Counted from the first letter of the stretch, positions 35,151 to 45,032 are shown. The stretch: 64,000 nucleotides of DNA from Solirubrobacterales bacterium (GCA_036265675.1 DATAOP010000062.1:39560-103559), one strand, 5' to 3'. Program-made: numbers and translations. Notes: generated from the sequence alone by a model not told the origin.

Positions 35151-35579
35151 TCAGGCGGTGGCGGGGAGTTTCACCTGAGTCAGCCGGAAGTTGTTCCCGG
35201 AGGGATCGCGGAATGCGGAGTCGATCCCGTAGGGCCGCTCTTCCGGGGTTTCGACGAACTCGACCCCTCGGGCCTTGAGCTCCTGGTAGGAGCCCTCGCA
35301 GTCCTCGGTGGTCAGGAACACGGTGCCGGCGAACCCCTTCGCCATCAGCTCCCGCACCTGCTGCTGGGTCTCCTCGTCCATCACCGGCGCGCCCGGGATC
35401 GCCATCAGGACGATCGTCACGTCCTCCTGTTCCCGGGGCGAGACGGTGAGCCAGCGGAAGTCGCCCATCTCCGGCAGGGTCACATCGGATCTGACCTCCA
35501 TCCCGAGCTTCTCGGTGTAGAAGGCGAGCGCCTCGTCCTGGTCATGGACCCAGAGCTGGGCGTTTGAAATGCGGATCAT
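35151..35579 (-). CDS. VOC/glyoxalase-family protein
   Basis: LWVHDQDEALAFYTEKLGMEV...FLTTEDCEGSYQELKARGVEF...FRDPSGNNFRL. Confidence 0.9.
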   Translation of the reverse strand: MIRISNAQLWVHDQDEALAFYTEKLGMEVRSDVTLPEMGDFRWLTVSPREQEDVTIVLMAIPGAPVMDEETQQQVRELMAKGFAGTVFLTTEDCEGSYQELKARGVEFVETPEERPYGIDSAFRDPSGNNFRLTQVKLPATA

Positions 35580-35591
35580 CTTCGGTCCTCC

Positions 35592-36059
35592 TCAGCGTCG
35601 ATTGAACTGTTCCTCGGCGATGCTAGGTCGGGGCGGAGGCCCTGTCTTCTCCAAACGTGCGGTCTTCGGCGGGGCGTAGAGGCGCATGAAGCAGGCCGGG
35701 ACCCGGGCCTGCAGGGTGGCCGGTGGGTGGGCGTCGCGGTAGGCCGTCGGGGTACGGCCGAAGGTCCGCTTGAAGCTGGTCGTGAACGAGCCGACGCTCT
35801 GGAGGCCGACCGAGAAGCAGATGTCGGCGACCGAGCGATCCGTGGTGCGCAGGAGATCGGCCGCGCGCTCGAGCCGGCGCCGGAGCAGGTAGGAGTGCGG
35901 CGGCTCGCCGAACGTGCGCCGAAACTCGCGGCTGAAGTGGGCCCTGGAGAGGCCCGCGGCGCCCGCCATGTCGTCGACGTCGAGGGGCTCGGAATAGCGC
36001 GCGTCGGCGAGGTCCTTGGCGCGCAGCAGGTGCCGGGCGGGCGGTACGAACGCCATCAC
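35592..36059 (-). CDS. AraC-family transcriptional regulator (HTH domain only)
   Basis: LDVDDMAGAAGLSRAHFSREFRRTFGEPPHSYLLRRRLERAADLLRTTDRSVADICFSVGLQSVGSFTTSFKRTFGRTPTAYR. Confidence 0.85.
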   Translation of the reverse strand: MMAFVPPARHLLRAKDLADARYSEPLDVDDMAGAAGLSRAHFSREFRRTFGEPPHSYLLRRRLERAADLLRTTDRSVADICFSVGLQSVGSFTTSFKRTFGRTPTAYRDAHPPATLQARVPACFMRLYAPPKTARLEKTGPPPRPSIAEEQFNRR

Positions 36060-36094
36060 CAGAGTCTAGGACCAGGCTCTAAGCTCGCCGGCCT

Positions 36095-37870
36095 GTGATC
36101 GGAACCTACGCAGCCGTGGTCGCCGTCTGCGTCTCCTCGCTGGCGATCGGGCAGGCGGTCCTCGCGCTGTGCGGAGTCCCGCGCTGGTCCTGGCTCGCGC
36201 CGGCGGTGGGCCTCGCGCTCGTCTGCGCGATCAGCTGGGGCACGGTGCGATTGCCGGGCGATGGGGTGATCGGGGCGGTCGTGATCGCGCTCGCGACGCT
36301 CGCCGCGGTCGCGTTCCTGTGGCGGCGTGTGCGCGACGTCCCCGCGGCGGCCGCGATCGGCGCCGCCGTCGCGATCGGCGCCCTCGCCGGCACCGCGCTG
36401 CCGTTCATCGCCGAAGGCCACTTCGGCATCCTCGGCACCGGCTTCAACCCCGACATGTCCCAGCACCTGCTGGCCGCCGATCGGCTCGCCGACGGGTTCA
36501 GCTCCGAACTGCTGCGCCAGGGCTACCCACTGGGCCCGCACGCGATCGTCGTCTCGCTCGAAAAGGGCCTCAGTGTCTCGCTCGTCCACGGTTTCACCGG
36601 CCTCACGATCGCGGTCGCGGTGCTGGCGGCGCTGACCGCGCTCGCCGCCTTCCCCGACCGCTCGCGGGCACAGCGGGTGGCGGCCGCGCTCGTCATCGGC
36701 CTGCCCTATCTGGTCGCCTCCTACTTCGCCCAGGGCGCGTTCAAGGAGACGATGCAGGCCCTCTGGGTGCTCGCCTTCCTGCTCACCCTGCGCGAGACGA
36801 CCCGGAACCCGCTCTGGCGCGACCTCGAGCTGCGCTTCGTCCCGGCGGCGGTGATCGCGATCGGCGCGGTCTACACCTACAGCTTCCCGGGGCTGATCTG
36901 GCTCGCCGCGCTTCTCGCCGCCTGGCTCGTCATCGAGCGCGAGCTGCCGCTGAGGCCGCTGCTGCTGGCGCTGGTCGTCTTCGCCGTCGGGGCGCTGCCG
37001 GAGCTGGGACGGATGATCGAATTCCACAACTTCGAGACCTTCGACCCCAACGGGCCCGGCCTCGGCAACCTCTTCGGCCAGATCTCGCCCCTGACCGCGC
37101 TCGGGATCTGGTTCTCCGGCGACTTCCGCGTCGCCGCCGGCGACGGCGCGGCGCCGGCGGTCGCCTACTACCTGGGCGCGGCCTTCGCCGCTGTCCTCCT
37201 CGTGCTCGGCCTCGTACGCTGCGCCCGCGGCCGCGAGAGCGCGATGCTCGGCGGCTTCGCCGCGGTCGTCGCTCTCTATCTCGCGGCGCGGATCGGCGGC
37301 ACCCCCTACACGTCGGCGAAGGCGCTCGAGGTCGCGGCGCCGGTCCTGACGCTCGTGATCCTCGCGCCCTTGTCCGAGGGTGTGTGGCGCTTTTCCTCAC
37401 CCATGGTTCGGAAAAGCGCCACGGGCGCTCGGCTCGAGGCGCTGACGCTGCCCGCATACCTCCTGGTCGCCGGGTTCTGCTCTGTCCTCGCCCTTGCCAA
37501 CGCCCCGGTGGGACCGACCACGTACTCACCGGCGCTGACCGGCCTCCGCCCGCTGATCGCCGCCGACTCGACCCTCGTCCTTGCGCCACGCGAGCTGCTC
37601 GACGAACAGCACGGCGTCCGCTACATCGATTGGGAGCTGCGCGGCGGCCGGGTCTGCATCGCCGACGAAGACCGGGCGCCGGCCTCGATCCCGCCCGGGG
37701 TCCGGTTCGTGATCACCTCCGGTGAGCCGACCCGGGCGCCGTACGCGGGCATGACGCTCCACAAGGAGGCCGACCCGTATCTGCTCTGGACGGTGAAGGG
37801 ATCGGTCAGGGGCAAGAGCGACTGCCCGCTGATCGCGGTCCGCCAGGCCAGGCAGGGCGAACCAGGGTGA
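36095..37870 (+). CDS. Polytopic membrane protein (possibly a GT-C-like glycosyltransferase)
   Basis: 591 aa, with more than 10 hydrophobic segments in the first 430 aa and then a soluble C-domain. No motif I can name. Confidence 0.65.
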   Translation: MIGTYAAVVAVCVSSLAIGQAVLALCGVPRWSWLAPAVGLALVCAISWGTVRLPGDGVIGAVVIALATLAAVAFLWRRVRDVPAAAAIGAAVAIGALAGTALPFIAEGHFGILGTGFNPDMSQHLLAADRLADGFSSELLRQGYPLGPHAIVVSLEKGLSVSLVHGFTGLTIAVAVLAALTALAAFPDRSRAQRVAAALVIGLPYLVASYFAQGAFKETMQALWVLAFLLTLRETTRNPLWRDLELRFVPAAVIAIGAVYTYSFPGLIWLAALLAAWLVIERELPLRPLLLALVVFAVGALPELGRMIEFHNFETFDPNGPGLGNLFGQISPLTALGIWFSGDFRVAAGDGAAPAVAYYLGAAFAAVLLVLGLVRCARGRESAMLGGFAAVVALYLAARIGGTPYTSAKALEVAAPVLTLVILAPLSEGVWRFSSPMVRKSATGARLEALTLPAYLLVAGFCSVLALANAPVGPTTYSPALTGLRPLIAADSTLVLAPRELLDEQHGVRYIDWELRGGRVCIADEDRAPASIPPGVRFVITSGEPTRAPYAGMTLHKEADPYLLWTVKGSVRGKSDCPLIAVRQARQGEPG

Positions 37871-37904
37871 CGTCGCCGGCGGGCGCCCACGTAGCATGGG
37901 AACG

Positions 37905-37973
37905 ATGAGAGCGGAGCGAGCAAGCATCCATCTCTGTTTCGTTGCGCAGCGAGCGAAGCGCGAAATTTGTTGA
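37905..37973 (+). repeat. Junction repeat copy R1 with micro-ORF (22 aa) coupled to thrS
   Basis: ATGAGAGCGGAGCGAGCAAGCATCCATCTCTGTTTCGTTGCGCAGCGAGCGAAGCGCGAAATTTGTTGA encodes MRAERASIHLCFVAQRAKREIC. Its TGA overlaps the thrS ATG as TGATG. Confidence 0.8.
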
Positions 37974-39907
37974 TGGCCACCCCGGCGACGAAGACCACCG
38001 TCACGCTGCCCGACGGGACCCCGCTCGAGCTGCCCGACGGCGCCTCCGGCGCCGACGCCGCGGCGGCGATCGGCCCCGGCCTCGCCAAGGCGGCGCTTGC
38101 GATCAGCGTCGACGGCGAGCTGCGCGACCTCGCGGCGCCGCTCCCGGACGGGGCCGAGATCGCGATCCTCACCGACCGCGACCCTGAGGCGCTGGCGCTG
38201 ATCCGCCACGACGCCGCCCACGTCATGGCGGAGGCGGTCCAGGAGCTCTATCCGGGCACGAAGGTGACGATCGGCCCCGCGATCGAGGACGGCTTCTACT
38301 ACGACTTCGAGTTCCCGGAGGACGTCAAGATCACCGAGGCCGACCTCGGCGAGATCGAGGAGGCGATGCGCGCCCACATCGCCGCCGACGAGCAGTTCTC
38401 GCGGCGCGACGTCCCGGTCGCCGAGGCGATCGAGATCTTCCGCGACCAGGGCGAGGACTACAAGGTCGAGCTGATCGAGGACCTGGTCGCCGACGAAGGG
38501 GTCGAGACCGTCTCGCTCTACCGCAACGGCCCGTTCGAGGACCTCTGCCGCGGCCCGCACGGCCCCTCGACCGCGCGGATCAAGGCGATCAAGCTGAACT
38601 CGGTCGCCGGCGCCTACTGGCGCGGCGACGAGACCCGGCAGATGCTGACCCGGATCTACGGGACCGCGTTCTTCAGCAACAAGGACCTCGAGGCCCATCT
38701 CGAGCGGATCGAGCAGGCGAGGGCCCGCGACCACCGCCGCCTCGGCCCCCAGCTCGGGCTCTTCATGCTCCGCGAGGAGGCGCCGGGGATGCCGTTCTGG
38801 CTGCCGAACGGGACGACGCTGCTGCGGCTGATCGAGGCCGAGGTCCAGAAGCAGCTGAGGAAGCGCGGCTACGAGGAGATCAAGACGCCGCAGGTGCTCG
38901 ACGTCGAGCTCTGGCACCGATCGGGGCACTGGGACAACTACCGCGAGAACATGTTCTTCACCGAGTCCGGCGATCGCCAGTACGCGATCCGGCCGATGAA
39001 CTGCCCGGGCGCCTGCCTCGTCTTCGGCTCCGAGCGTCACTCCTACCGCGAGCTGCCGCTGCGGCTGGCCGAGTTCGGCCAGGTCTCGCGCGCCGAGCGC
39101 GAGGGCGTCCTCCACGGACTGCTCCGGGTCCGCGCCTTCACCCAGGACGACGCCCACGTCTACTGCACGCCGGAGCAGATCGTCGACGAGGTGACCGAGA
39201 TCTGCGCCGCGATCGACGAGCTCTACGAGCGGTTCGGGTTCGACGACGTCCGGGTCGAGCTCTCGACCCGGCCCGAGAAGTCGATCGGCACCGCCGAGCA
39301 GTGGGAGCAGGCCGAAGCGGCATTGCGTGGCGCGCTCGAGGCGCAGGGGCGCGAGTACCAGCTCAATCCCGGCGACGGCGCCTTCTACGGGCCGAAGATC
39401 GACTTTCACGTCACCGACGCGCTCGGCCGCTCCTGGCAGTGCGGCACCTGCCAGGTCGACTTCTTCATGCCGGAACGCTTCGACCTCACCTACACCGACG
39501 CCGATGACGAGCAGCGGCGGCCGGTGATGATCCACCGCGCCCTGCTCGGCTCGATGGAGCGCTTTGCCGGAATCCTGATCGAGCACCACGCGGGCCGCTT
39601 CCCGGTCTGGCTGGCGCCGGTGCAGGCGGCGATCCTGCCGGTCGCCGACCGTCACCTCGAGTACGCGGCGAGCACCGCCGCCGAGCTCCGCGCGGCCGGA
39701 GTCAGGGTCACCGTCGACGAGCGTTCGGAGTCGGTCGGCAAGAAGATCCGCGACGCCGAGCTCGGCCGCTACCCGTACATGCTCGTCGTCGGTGACCGCG
39801 AGCAGGAGGCCGGGGCGGTCGCCGTCCGCTCCCATGAGGAGGGCGAGCTCGGCGCGATGCCGGTCGCCGACTTCGCCGCCCGGGTCGCTGCTGAGAGCGG
39901 GGCCTGA
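37973..39907 (+). CDS. thrS: Threonine--tRNA ligase
   Basis: TGS, editing and class II core motifs (HDAAHVMAEAVQ, RPMNCPG, FTQDDAHVYC, RALLGSMERF). ATG 37973; the track opens at TTG 37967. Confidence 0.95.
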   Translation: MATPATKTTVTLPDGTPLELPDGASGADAAAAIGPGLAKAALAISVDGELRDLAAPLPDGAEIAILTDRDPEALALIRHDAAHVMAEAVQELYPGTKVTIGPAIEDGFYYDFEFPEDVKITEADLGEIEEAMRAHIAADEQFSRRDVPVAEAIEIFRDQGEDYKVELIEDLVADEGVETVSLYRNGPFEDLCRGPHGPSTARIKAIKLNSVAGAYWRGDETRQMLTRIYGTAFFSNKDLEAHLERIEQARARDHRRLGPQLGLFMLREEAPGMPFWLPNGTTLLRLIEAEVQKQLRKRGYEEIKTPQVLDVELWHRSGHWDNYRENMFFTESGDRQYAIRPMNCPGACLVFGSERHSYRELPLRLAEFGQVSRAEREGVLHGLLRVRAFTQDDAHVYCTPEQIVDEVTEICAAIDELYERFGFDDVRVELSTRPEKSIGTAEQWEQAEAALRGALEAQGREYQLNPGDGAFYGPKIDFHVTDALGRSWQCGTCQVDFFMPERFDLTYTDADDEQRRPVMIHRALLGSMERFAGILIEHHAGRFPVWLAPVQAAILPVADRHLEYAASTAAELRAAGVRVTVDERSESVGKKIRDAELGRYPYMLVVGDREQEAGAVAVRSHEEGELGAMPVADFAARVAAESGA

Positions 39908-40045
39908 GGAAAACCTGCCGCGATGGCGCCCTGGCTCTATACTGCGCTGCACTTGATTGACGCCACGCCGAACATTCCACGCCGCTGAGCGTCCCGTGGC
40001 CTTGTCCGATTCACTCGTCCTCTTGAATATCCACCTCCTCTCCTA

Positions 40046-40642
40046 GTGCCGGTCCCCCGTAGGTTCGATCGGCGCCCCCCTGAGCGCGACACCACGCGGA
40101 TCAACGAGCGGATCCGGGTTCCGAAAGTGCGCCTGATCGGCGCCGACGGCGAGCAGCTCGGGATCGTCGAGACGCCCGACGCCCTGAAACAGGCGCAGGA
40201 GGCCGATCTCGACCTGGTCGAGGTTGCGCCGAACTCGAAACCCCCGGTCACCCGCCTGCTCGACTACTCGAAGTACAAGTACGAGCAGGAGCAGAAGCAG
40301 AAGGCCGCCCGCAAGCACCAGCAGCAGGTCAACGTCCGCGAGATCAAGCTCCGCCCGAAGATCGCCGACCACGACTACGAGACCAAGCGCGGCCATGTCG
40401 AGCGCTTCCTGCGCCAGCAGAACAAGGTCAAGATCACGATCATGTTCCGCGGCCGCGAGCAGGCCCACCCCGAGCGCGGCCGGGCGCTTCTCCAGCGCCT
40501 CTACGAGGACCTCGACGGCCTCGCCGTGATCGAGTCCGAGCCGCTCCAAGAGGGGCGCAACATGAGCATGATGCTCGCCCCGAGCAAAGAGGTGGCGAAG
40601 GCCAAACAGGCCGAGGCCGAGGCCGAGGCCGGCGCGGAATAG
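40046..40642 (+). CDS. infC: Translation initiation factor IF-3
   Basis: [23 protein letters not shown]...[26 protein letters not shown]...[21 protein letters not shown] lies directly after an in-frame TAG, with no Shine-Dalgarno, so the exact start is uncertain. Confidence 0.9.
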   Translation: MPVPRRFDRRPPERDTTRINERIRVPKVRLIGADGEQLGIVETPDALKQAQEADLDLVEVAPNSKPPVTRLLDYSKYKYEQEQKQKAARKHQQQVNVREIKLRPKIADHDYETKRGHVERFLRQQNKVKITIMFRGREQAHPERGRALLQRLYEDLDGLAVIESEPLQEGRNMSMMLAPSKEVAKAKQAEAEAEAGAE

Positions 40643-40675
40643 GACGAGACTTCCGCGGCCCTGAGCGGGGCCAGG

Positions 40676-41320
40676 TCAGTCCGTGGAGCCGGTGACGTCG
40701 CTGATCTGTACAGCGACGATGTTGGCGCTGACCCGAGCCCCGGAGGCGGCATTGTCCTTGTAGCACTCCAGGTCGAGCCTCTGCCCGGACGTGACCTGGA
40801 AGAGGGCGGTGAGCGTGAAATTGTCCGCCGTGCTGTCTTCACGAACCGGCTGAGCCCGCATGGTCGCGCTGCGGACCCCGGCGCCACCCTCGTTGATCAA
40901 CCTGCAGATGACCGTGCTGGTGATCGCGTTGACGGTTTCTGCGCCGACCGAGGCCGTCGCAAAATATGCGCCCGGGGGCACGCCGAGGCTGACGACGGTG
41001 GACCCGAACGGGCTCGAGCTGAATTTGTCGTAGTTGACCGAGCCGAACGCCTGGAATCCGCGGCTGGTCCCAGGGATCCCCGGTGGCCCCTGCGGCCCTT
41101 CTGCTCCCTGCAATGCTCGCTGTGCGAAGTCCTCGGGTCTCAGCGACCCGTCTTTCACTTTCAGGCTCGTCACCGAGTTCCTCTTGAGTTGCCTGTTGCC
41201 GACCGAGTTCTTGCTCAGCTGATCGGCGGCGTAGGCGCCGCCCCCCAGCGCAATGAGGAGGGCGAGGTAGGCGACCACGGTTGCGTGGCTTGGACGCCGG
41301 AGCTTCAGGTGCTTGCCCAT
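40676..41320 (-). CDS. Secreted/anchored protein with short collagen-like triplets and a globular C-domain
   Basis: MGKHLKLRRPSHATVVAYLALLIALGGGAYAA is a signal or anchor sequence, followed by GPQGPPGIPG. The N-terminus is paralogous to the 55411 gene. ATG 41320 follows GGGGG. Confidence 0.65.
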   Translation of the reverse strand: MGKHLKLRRPSHATVVAYLALLIALGGGAYAADQLSKNSVGNRQLKRNSVTSLKVKDGSLRPEDFAQRALQGAEGPQGPPGIPGTSRGFQAFGSVNYDKFSSSPFGSTVVSLGVPPGAYFATASVGAETVNAITSTVICRLINEGGAGVRSATMRAQPVREDSTADNFTLTALFQVTSGQRLDLECYKDNAASGARVSANIVAVQISDVTGSTD

Positions 41321-41406
41321 CTTGACCCCCGTTGGGATTGTGGCTTTTAGCCTCGCCCGCACGAAGGCCCGGGACGACGGTAGTCCCGAGGGGGCGGTAG
41401 GTCAAA

Positions 41407-42483
41407 TCAGCCGGCGCCGAGCACGACGTCCGCGATCCGCTCGGCGGCATCGCCGTCCCAGAGGGGGGGAGGGTTGCGGCGCCCGGGCGGGCGATCGGCA
41501 AGGGCGGCCGGGATGCCCGCTATCGCCGCCGGGTCGAGCCCGAGCAGCGTATTTGTGCCGGCCCTGATCGTGACCGGGCGCTCGGTGTTGGCGCGGAGGG
41601 TGAAGCAGGGGACGCCGAGGTAGGTCGTCTCCTCCTGGATCCCGCCCGAGTCGGTGAGGACTGCGCCGGCGTCGGCGATCAGCGAGAGGAAGTCGATGTA
41701 GCCGAGCGGCTCGGTCAGGTGCAGGCCCGGCTGCTCGGCCCCTGCCCCGGCCAGCATCTTCCGCGTCCGCGGGTGGACCGGGAAGACGACCGGCATCTCG
41801 GCGGCGACCGCCGCGAGCTGCGCCATCGTCTCGGCGAGCAGCGGTCCGTCGACGAGCGCGGGACGGTGGAGGGTGACGAGCAGGAATGCGCCCGGCTCGA
41901 CCCCGAGCCGCGCGGCCGCGCCGGCGTCCCGGAAGCGCCCCTCGAGCGCGGCGAGCGTGTCAATCATCGTGTTGCCGACGAAGTGCATGCGCTCGTCCGG
42001 GATGCCCTCTGCCCGCAGGTTCTCGACCGCCTCGTCGCTGTGGAGGAAGAGGTGCTGGGAGAGGACGTCGGCGACGATCCGGTTGATCTCCTCCGGCATC
42101 GTGCGGTCGAAGCTGCGCAGGCCGGACTCGATGTGGGCGACCGGCAGCAGCGCCTTGGCCGCGGTCAGCGCCGCCGCCAGGGTCGAGTTGACGTCGCCGG
42201 GGACGAACACCAGGTCGGGCCGCTCCTCGAGCAGGACCGGCTCGAGCCGCTCCATCACCTGCGCCGTCTGCCGCGAATGACTGCCGGACCCGACCTCGAG
42301 CATGTGGTCGGGCTCGGGTACCCCGAGCTCCTCGAGGAAGACCTCGGACATCATCCGGTCGTAGTGCTGGCCGGTGTGGACGATCGCGTGGCGGCCGTTG
42401 GGGTCGCGGGCGCGCAGGGCGGCGATCACCGGCGCCGTCTTGACGAAGTTCGGACGGGTGCCGACCACATACACGAATCGCAT
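41407..42483 (-). CDS. wecB: UDP-N-acetylglucosamine 2-epimerase (non-hydrolysing)
   Basis: MRFVYVVGTRPNFVKTAPV...HTGQHYD...GDVNSTLA...HIESGLRSFD...EEINR...DSGGIQEE. Only the last 358 codons of track ORF 41407..42792 are coding. Confidence 0.9.
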   Translation of the reverse strand: MRFVYVVGTRPNFVKTAPVIAALRARDPNGRHAIVHTGQHYDRMMSEVFLEELGVPEPDHMLEVGSGSHSRQTAQVMERLEPVLLEERPDLVFVPGDVNSTLAAALTAAKALLPVAHIESGLRSFDRTMPEEINRIVADVLSQHLFLHSDEAVENLRAEGIPDERMHFVGNTMIDTLAALEGRFRDAGAAARLGVEPGAFLLVTLHRPALVDGPLLAETMAQLAAVAAEMPVVFPVHPRTRKMLAGAGAEQPGLHLTEPLGYIDFLSLIADAGAVLTDSGGIQEETTYLGVPCFTLRANTERPVTIRAGTNTLLGLDPAAIAGIPAALADRPPGRRNPPPLWDGDAAERIADVVLGAG

Positions 42484-42539
42484 CGGGCGGGAGCGTACCG
42501 GCGGCGCTCGGCGGCGCTTCTGCTTCAATACTCGTCCCG

Positions 42540-42740
42540 ATGCCGAAGATGAAGACCCATTCCGGCGCCAAGAAGCGCTTTCGCAAGACCGCCAAGGGCA
42601 AGCTCCGTGGCCGTCGCGCCTTCTCGAGCCACATCCTTGAGAAAAAGTCACCGAAGCGGAAGCGGCACATGCGGCGCCCGGTCGAGATCGCCCCGTCCGA
42701 CGAGAAGCGGATCCGGACCCTGCTCGGAGGCAAGAAGTGA
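42540..42740 (+). CDS. rpmI: 50S ribosomal protein L35
   Basis: [33 protein letters not shown]. Confidence 0.95.
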   Translation: MPKMKTHSGAKKRFRKTAKGKLRGRRAFSSHILEKKSPKRKRHMRRPVEIAPSDEKRIRTLLGGKK

Positions 42741-43096
42741 GCCGGGTCAAGCGCTCCGTCCACGCGCGCAAGAAGCGCCGCAAGGTCCTCAAGGAAGCGA
42801 AGGGCTACTACGGCCGCAAGCACTCCTCCTACCGGTTCGCGAAAGAGCAGGTGCAGCGGTCGGGGATGTACGCCTACCGCGACCGCCGCAACCGCAAGCG
42901 CGAGTTCCGGCGCCTCTGGATCACCCGGATCAACGCCGCCGCCCGGCTCGAGGGCATGAGCTACTCCGAACTGATTCACGGCCTCGACACCGCCGGCGTC
43001 GAGGTGAACCGCAAGATGCTCGCCGACATCGCGGTCAACGACCGCGATGCGTTCCGCCGATTTGTGGAGCTCGCCCGGGAGGGTGCGGCCGCGTAG
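42737..43096 (+). CDS. rplT: 50S ribosomal protein L20
   Basis: [25 protein letters not shown]...[13 protein letters not shown]. The GTG overlaps the rpmI stop as GTGA. Confidence 0.95.
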   Translation: MSRVKRSVHARKKRRKVLKEAKGYYGRKHSSYRFAKEQVQRSGMYAYRDRRNRKREFRRLWITRINAAARLEGMSYSELIHGLDTAGVEVNRKMLADIAVNDRDAFRRFVELAREGAAA

Positions 43097-43123
43097 CTGC
43101 AGCCACACTCCGATTCCCAGGGC

Positions 43124-43156
43124 GGGCCGCTTGGCGACAGGCGGCCCGTTTTCGTT
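43124..43156 (+). terminator. Rho-independent terminator after rplT
   Basis: GGGCCGC-TTGGCGACAG-GCGGCCC followed by GTTTTCGTT. Confidence 0.6.
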
Positions 43157-43192
43157 CCAGGAGAAAATTCGACCAAACAGAAACCCACGACG

Positions 43193-43927
43193 ATGATCAC
43201 AAGCCCACAGAACGAGAAGCTGAAGCTGGTCCGCAGGCTTCGCGAGCGCCGCCATCGCGATCGCGAGGGCCTGTTCGTGACCGAGGGCGAGGATCTGGTC
43301 GACGCCGGTCGCGCCGCGGGCATCGAGCCGGCGGTGCTGCTGACCGCCGCGGGATCGGGCCTCGGAGGCGAGGAGGTGGGCGCCGAGCTGCTTGCCGAGG
43401 TCTCGGCGCTCGGGTCTGGGACGCGCGCTATCGCGGTCTGGCCGCAGTGCTGGGCCGAGGAGATCAAGCCGCCCTGTGTCTACATGCACGCCGTCGGTGA
43501 CCCGGGCAACGTCGGCGCGATCGTCCGCACCGCCGGGGCGCTGCTCGGGGGGACCGTCGTCCTCGGGCCCGACTGCGCCGATCCCCACGGCCCGAAGGCG
43601 GTGCGGGCGAGCATGGGCGCGATCTTCGCCCAGCCGCTCGCCCGCGGCGCCGTCGAATCGACGGCCGAGCCGCGGGCGGCGCTCGTCGCCCACGGTGGCG
43701 ACGGTCCCGACGCGCTCGAGGGCTGCGCGACGATCTGCCTCGGCGCCGAGCGGGAGGGGCTCCCGGCCGAGGTCCTCGACCACTGCCGCCGGCGGGTGAC
43801 GATCCCGCTGCGGGCCGGGGCGGCCGAGTCGCTCAACGTCGCCGCCGCAGCCGCCATTGCCCTTGAGCGCGTCGCGAGCGCAGCGTCCATATCTGATTCA
43901 TCGCAGGCGAGCGAGCGCGAAATATGA
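43193..43927 (+). CDS. TrmH/SpoU-family RNA 2'-O-methyltransferase
   Basis: DPGNVGAIVRTAGA...ICLGAEREGLP...VTIPL...ESLNVAAAAAIAL are SpoU motifs. The last 17 codons derive from junction repeat R2. Confidence 0.85.
   Translation: MITSPQNEKLKLVRRLRERRHRDREGLFVTEGEDLVDAGRAAGIEPAVLLTAAGSGLGGEEVGAELLAEVSALGSGTRAIAVWPQCWAEEIKPPCVYMHAVGDPGNVGAIVRTAGALLGGTVVLGPDCADPHGPKAVRASMGAIFAQPLARGAVESTAEPRAALVAHGGDGPDALEGCATICLGAEREGLPAEVLDHCRRRVTIPLRAGAAESLNVAAAAAIALERVASAASISDSSQASEREI
43874..43927 (+). repeat. Junction repeat copy R2, absorbed into the 3' end of the methyltransferase CDS
   Basis: GCGAGCGCAGCGTCCATATCTGATTCATCGCAGGCGAGCGAGCGCGAAATATGA. The core TCCATATCTGATTC and the 3' GCGAGCGAGCGCGAAAT match R1 and R6 with small indels. 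Confidence 0.7.
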
Positions 43928-43969
43928 ATTCCCGGATATCGTCGCCCGCGATTGGAGAGGCCGCCCAGG

Positions 43970-45028
43970 ATGCTTGACCGGATCGAGGAGATAAGAGCCG
44001 AGGCGGCTGCGGCGATCGAGGCCGCGTCCGGGACCGCGGAGCTCGAGGAGCTGCGGGTCCGCCATCTGGGCCGCAAAGCCGAGCTGACCTCGATCCTGCG
44101 CGGGATCGCCGACCTCCCCCAGGAGGAGCGGGGACCCGTCGGCAGCAGCGCCAACCGCGCCCGCCAGGAGCTCGAGGCGCTGCTCGAGGCCCGCGCCGCC
44201 GAGCTCGACGCCGCCGAGCTCGAGACGACCCTCGCCGGGGACCGGGTCGATGTGACCCTGCCCGGGGCGCCGCCGGCGCCTGCCGGCCACCTGCACCTGA
44301 TCACCCGCACCACCCGCCAGATCGAGGACGTGATGATCGGGCTGGGCTACCGGGTGATGGAGGGGCCCGAGGTCGAGCACGACTACTACAACTTCACCAG
44401 CCTCAACCACCCGCCGGGCCATCCGGCGCGGATGCTCCAGGACACCTTCTACGTCCAGTCCGACCCCGAGGTCCTGCTGCGGACCCATACCTCTCCGGTC
44501 CAGACGCGGGCGATGGAGGCCGAGCCTCCGCCGATCTTCGTGATCATGCCGGGCAAGGTCTACCGCCGCGACTCCGACGCGACCCACAGCCCGATGTTCC
44601 ACCAGGTCGAGGGCCTCGCGATCGGCGAGGGGATCACGCTCGCCGACCTTCAGGGAACGCTGGAAGAGATGCTGCGGGCGATCTTCGGCGAGGGGCGCGA
44701 GGCGCGGATGCGGCCGCACTACTTCCCGTTCACCGAGCCCAGCGTCGAGTTCGACGTCTCATGCTTCGCCTGTGACGGGACCGGCACCCTTGCGGGCGGC
44801 GAGCGCTGCGGCCTCTGCAAGGGGATCGGCTGGATCGAGGTCGGCGGCGCCGGGATGGTCGACCCCAACGTCCTCGAGTTCGTCGCCGACAACGGCTACG
44901 ACCCCGAGCAGGTCCAGGGCTTTGCCTTCGGGATGGGGGTCGAGCGGATCGCGATGCTGCGCCACGGCGTCCCTGACCTGCGGCGCTTCTTCGACAACGA
45001 CGTGCGGATGCTGAGGCAGTTCCTCTGA
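43970..45028 (+). CDS. pheS: Phenylalanine--tRNA ligase alpha subunit
   Basis: LRTHTSPVQTRAM...PGKVYRRD.DATHSPMFHQVEGL...FPFTEPS are class II motifs. ATG lies 9 nt after GGAGAGG. Confidence 0.95.
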   Translation: MLDRIEEIRAEAAAAIEAASGTAELEELRVRHLGRKAELTSILRGIADLPQEERGPVGSSANRARQELEALLEARAAELDAAELETTLAGDRVDVTLPGAPPAPAGHLHLITRTTRQIEDVMIGLGYRVMEGPEVEHDYYNFTSLNHPPGHPARMLQDTFYVQSDPEVLLRTHTSPVQTRAMEAEPPPIFVIMPGKVYRRDSDATHSPMFHQVEGLAIGEGITLADLQGTLEEMLRAIFGEGREARMRPHYFPFTEPSVEFDVSCFACDGTGTLAGGERCGLCKGIGWIEVGGAGMVDPNVLEFVADNGYDPEQVQGFAFGMGVERIAMLRHGVPDLRRFFDNDVRMLRQFL

Positions 45029-45032
45029 GCCA

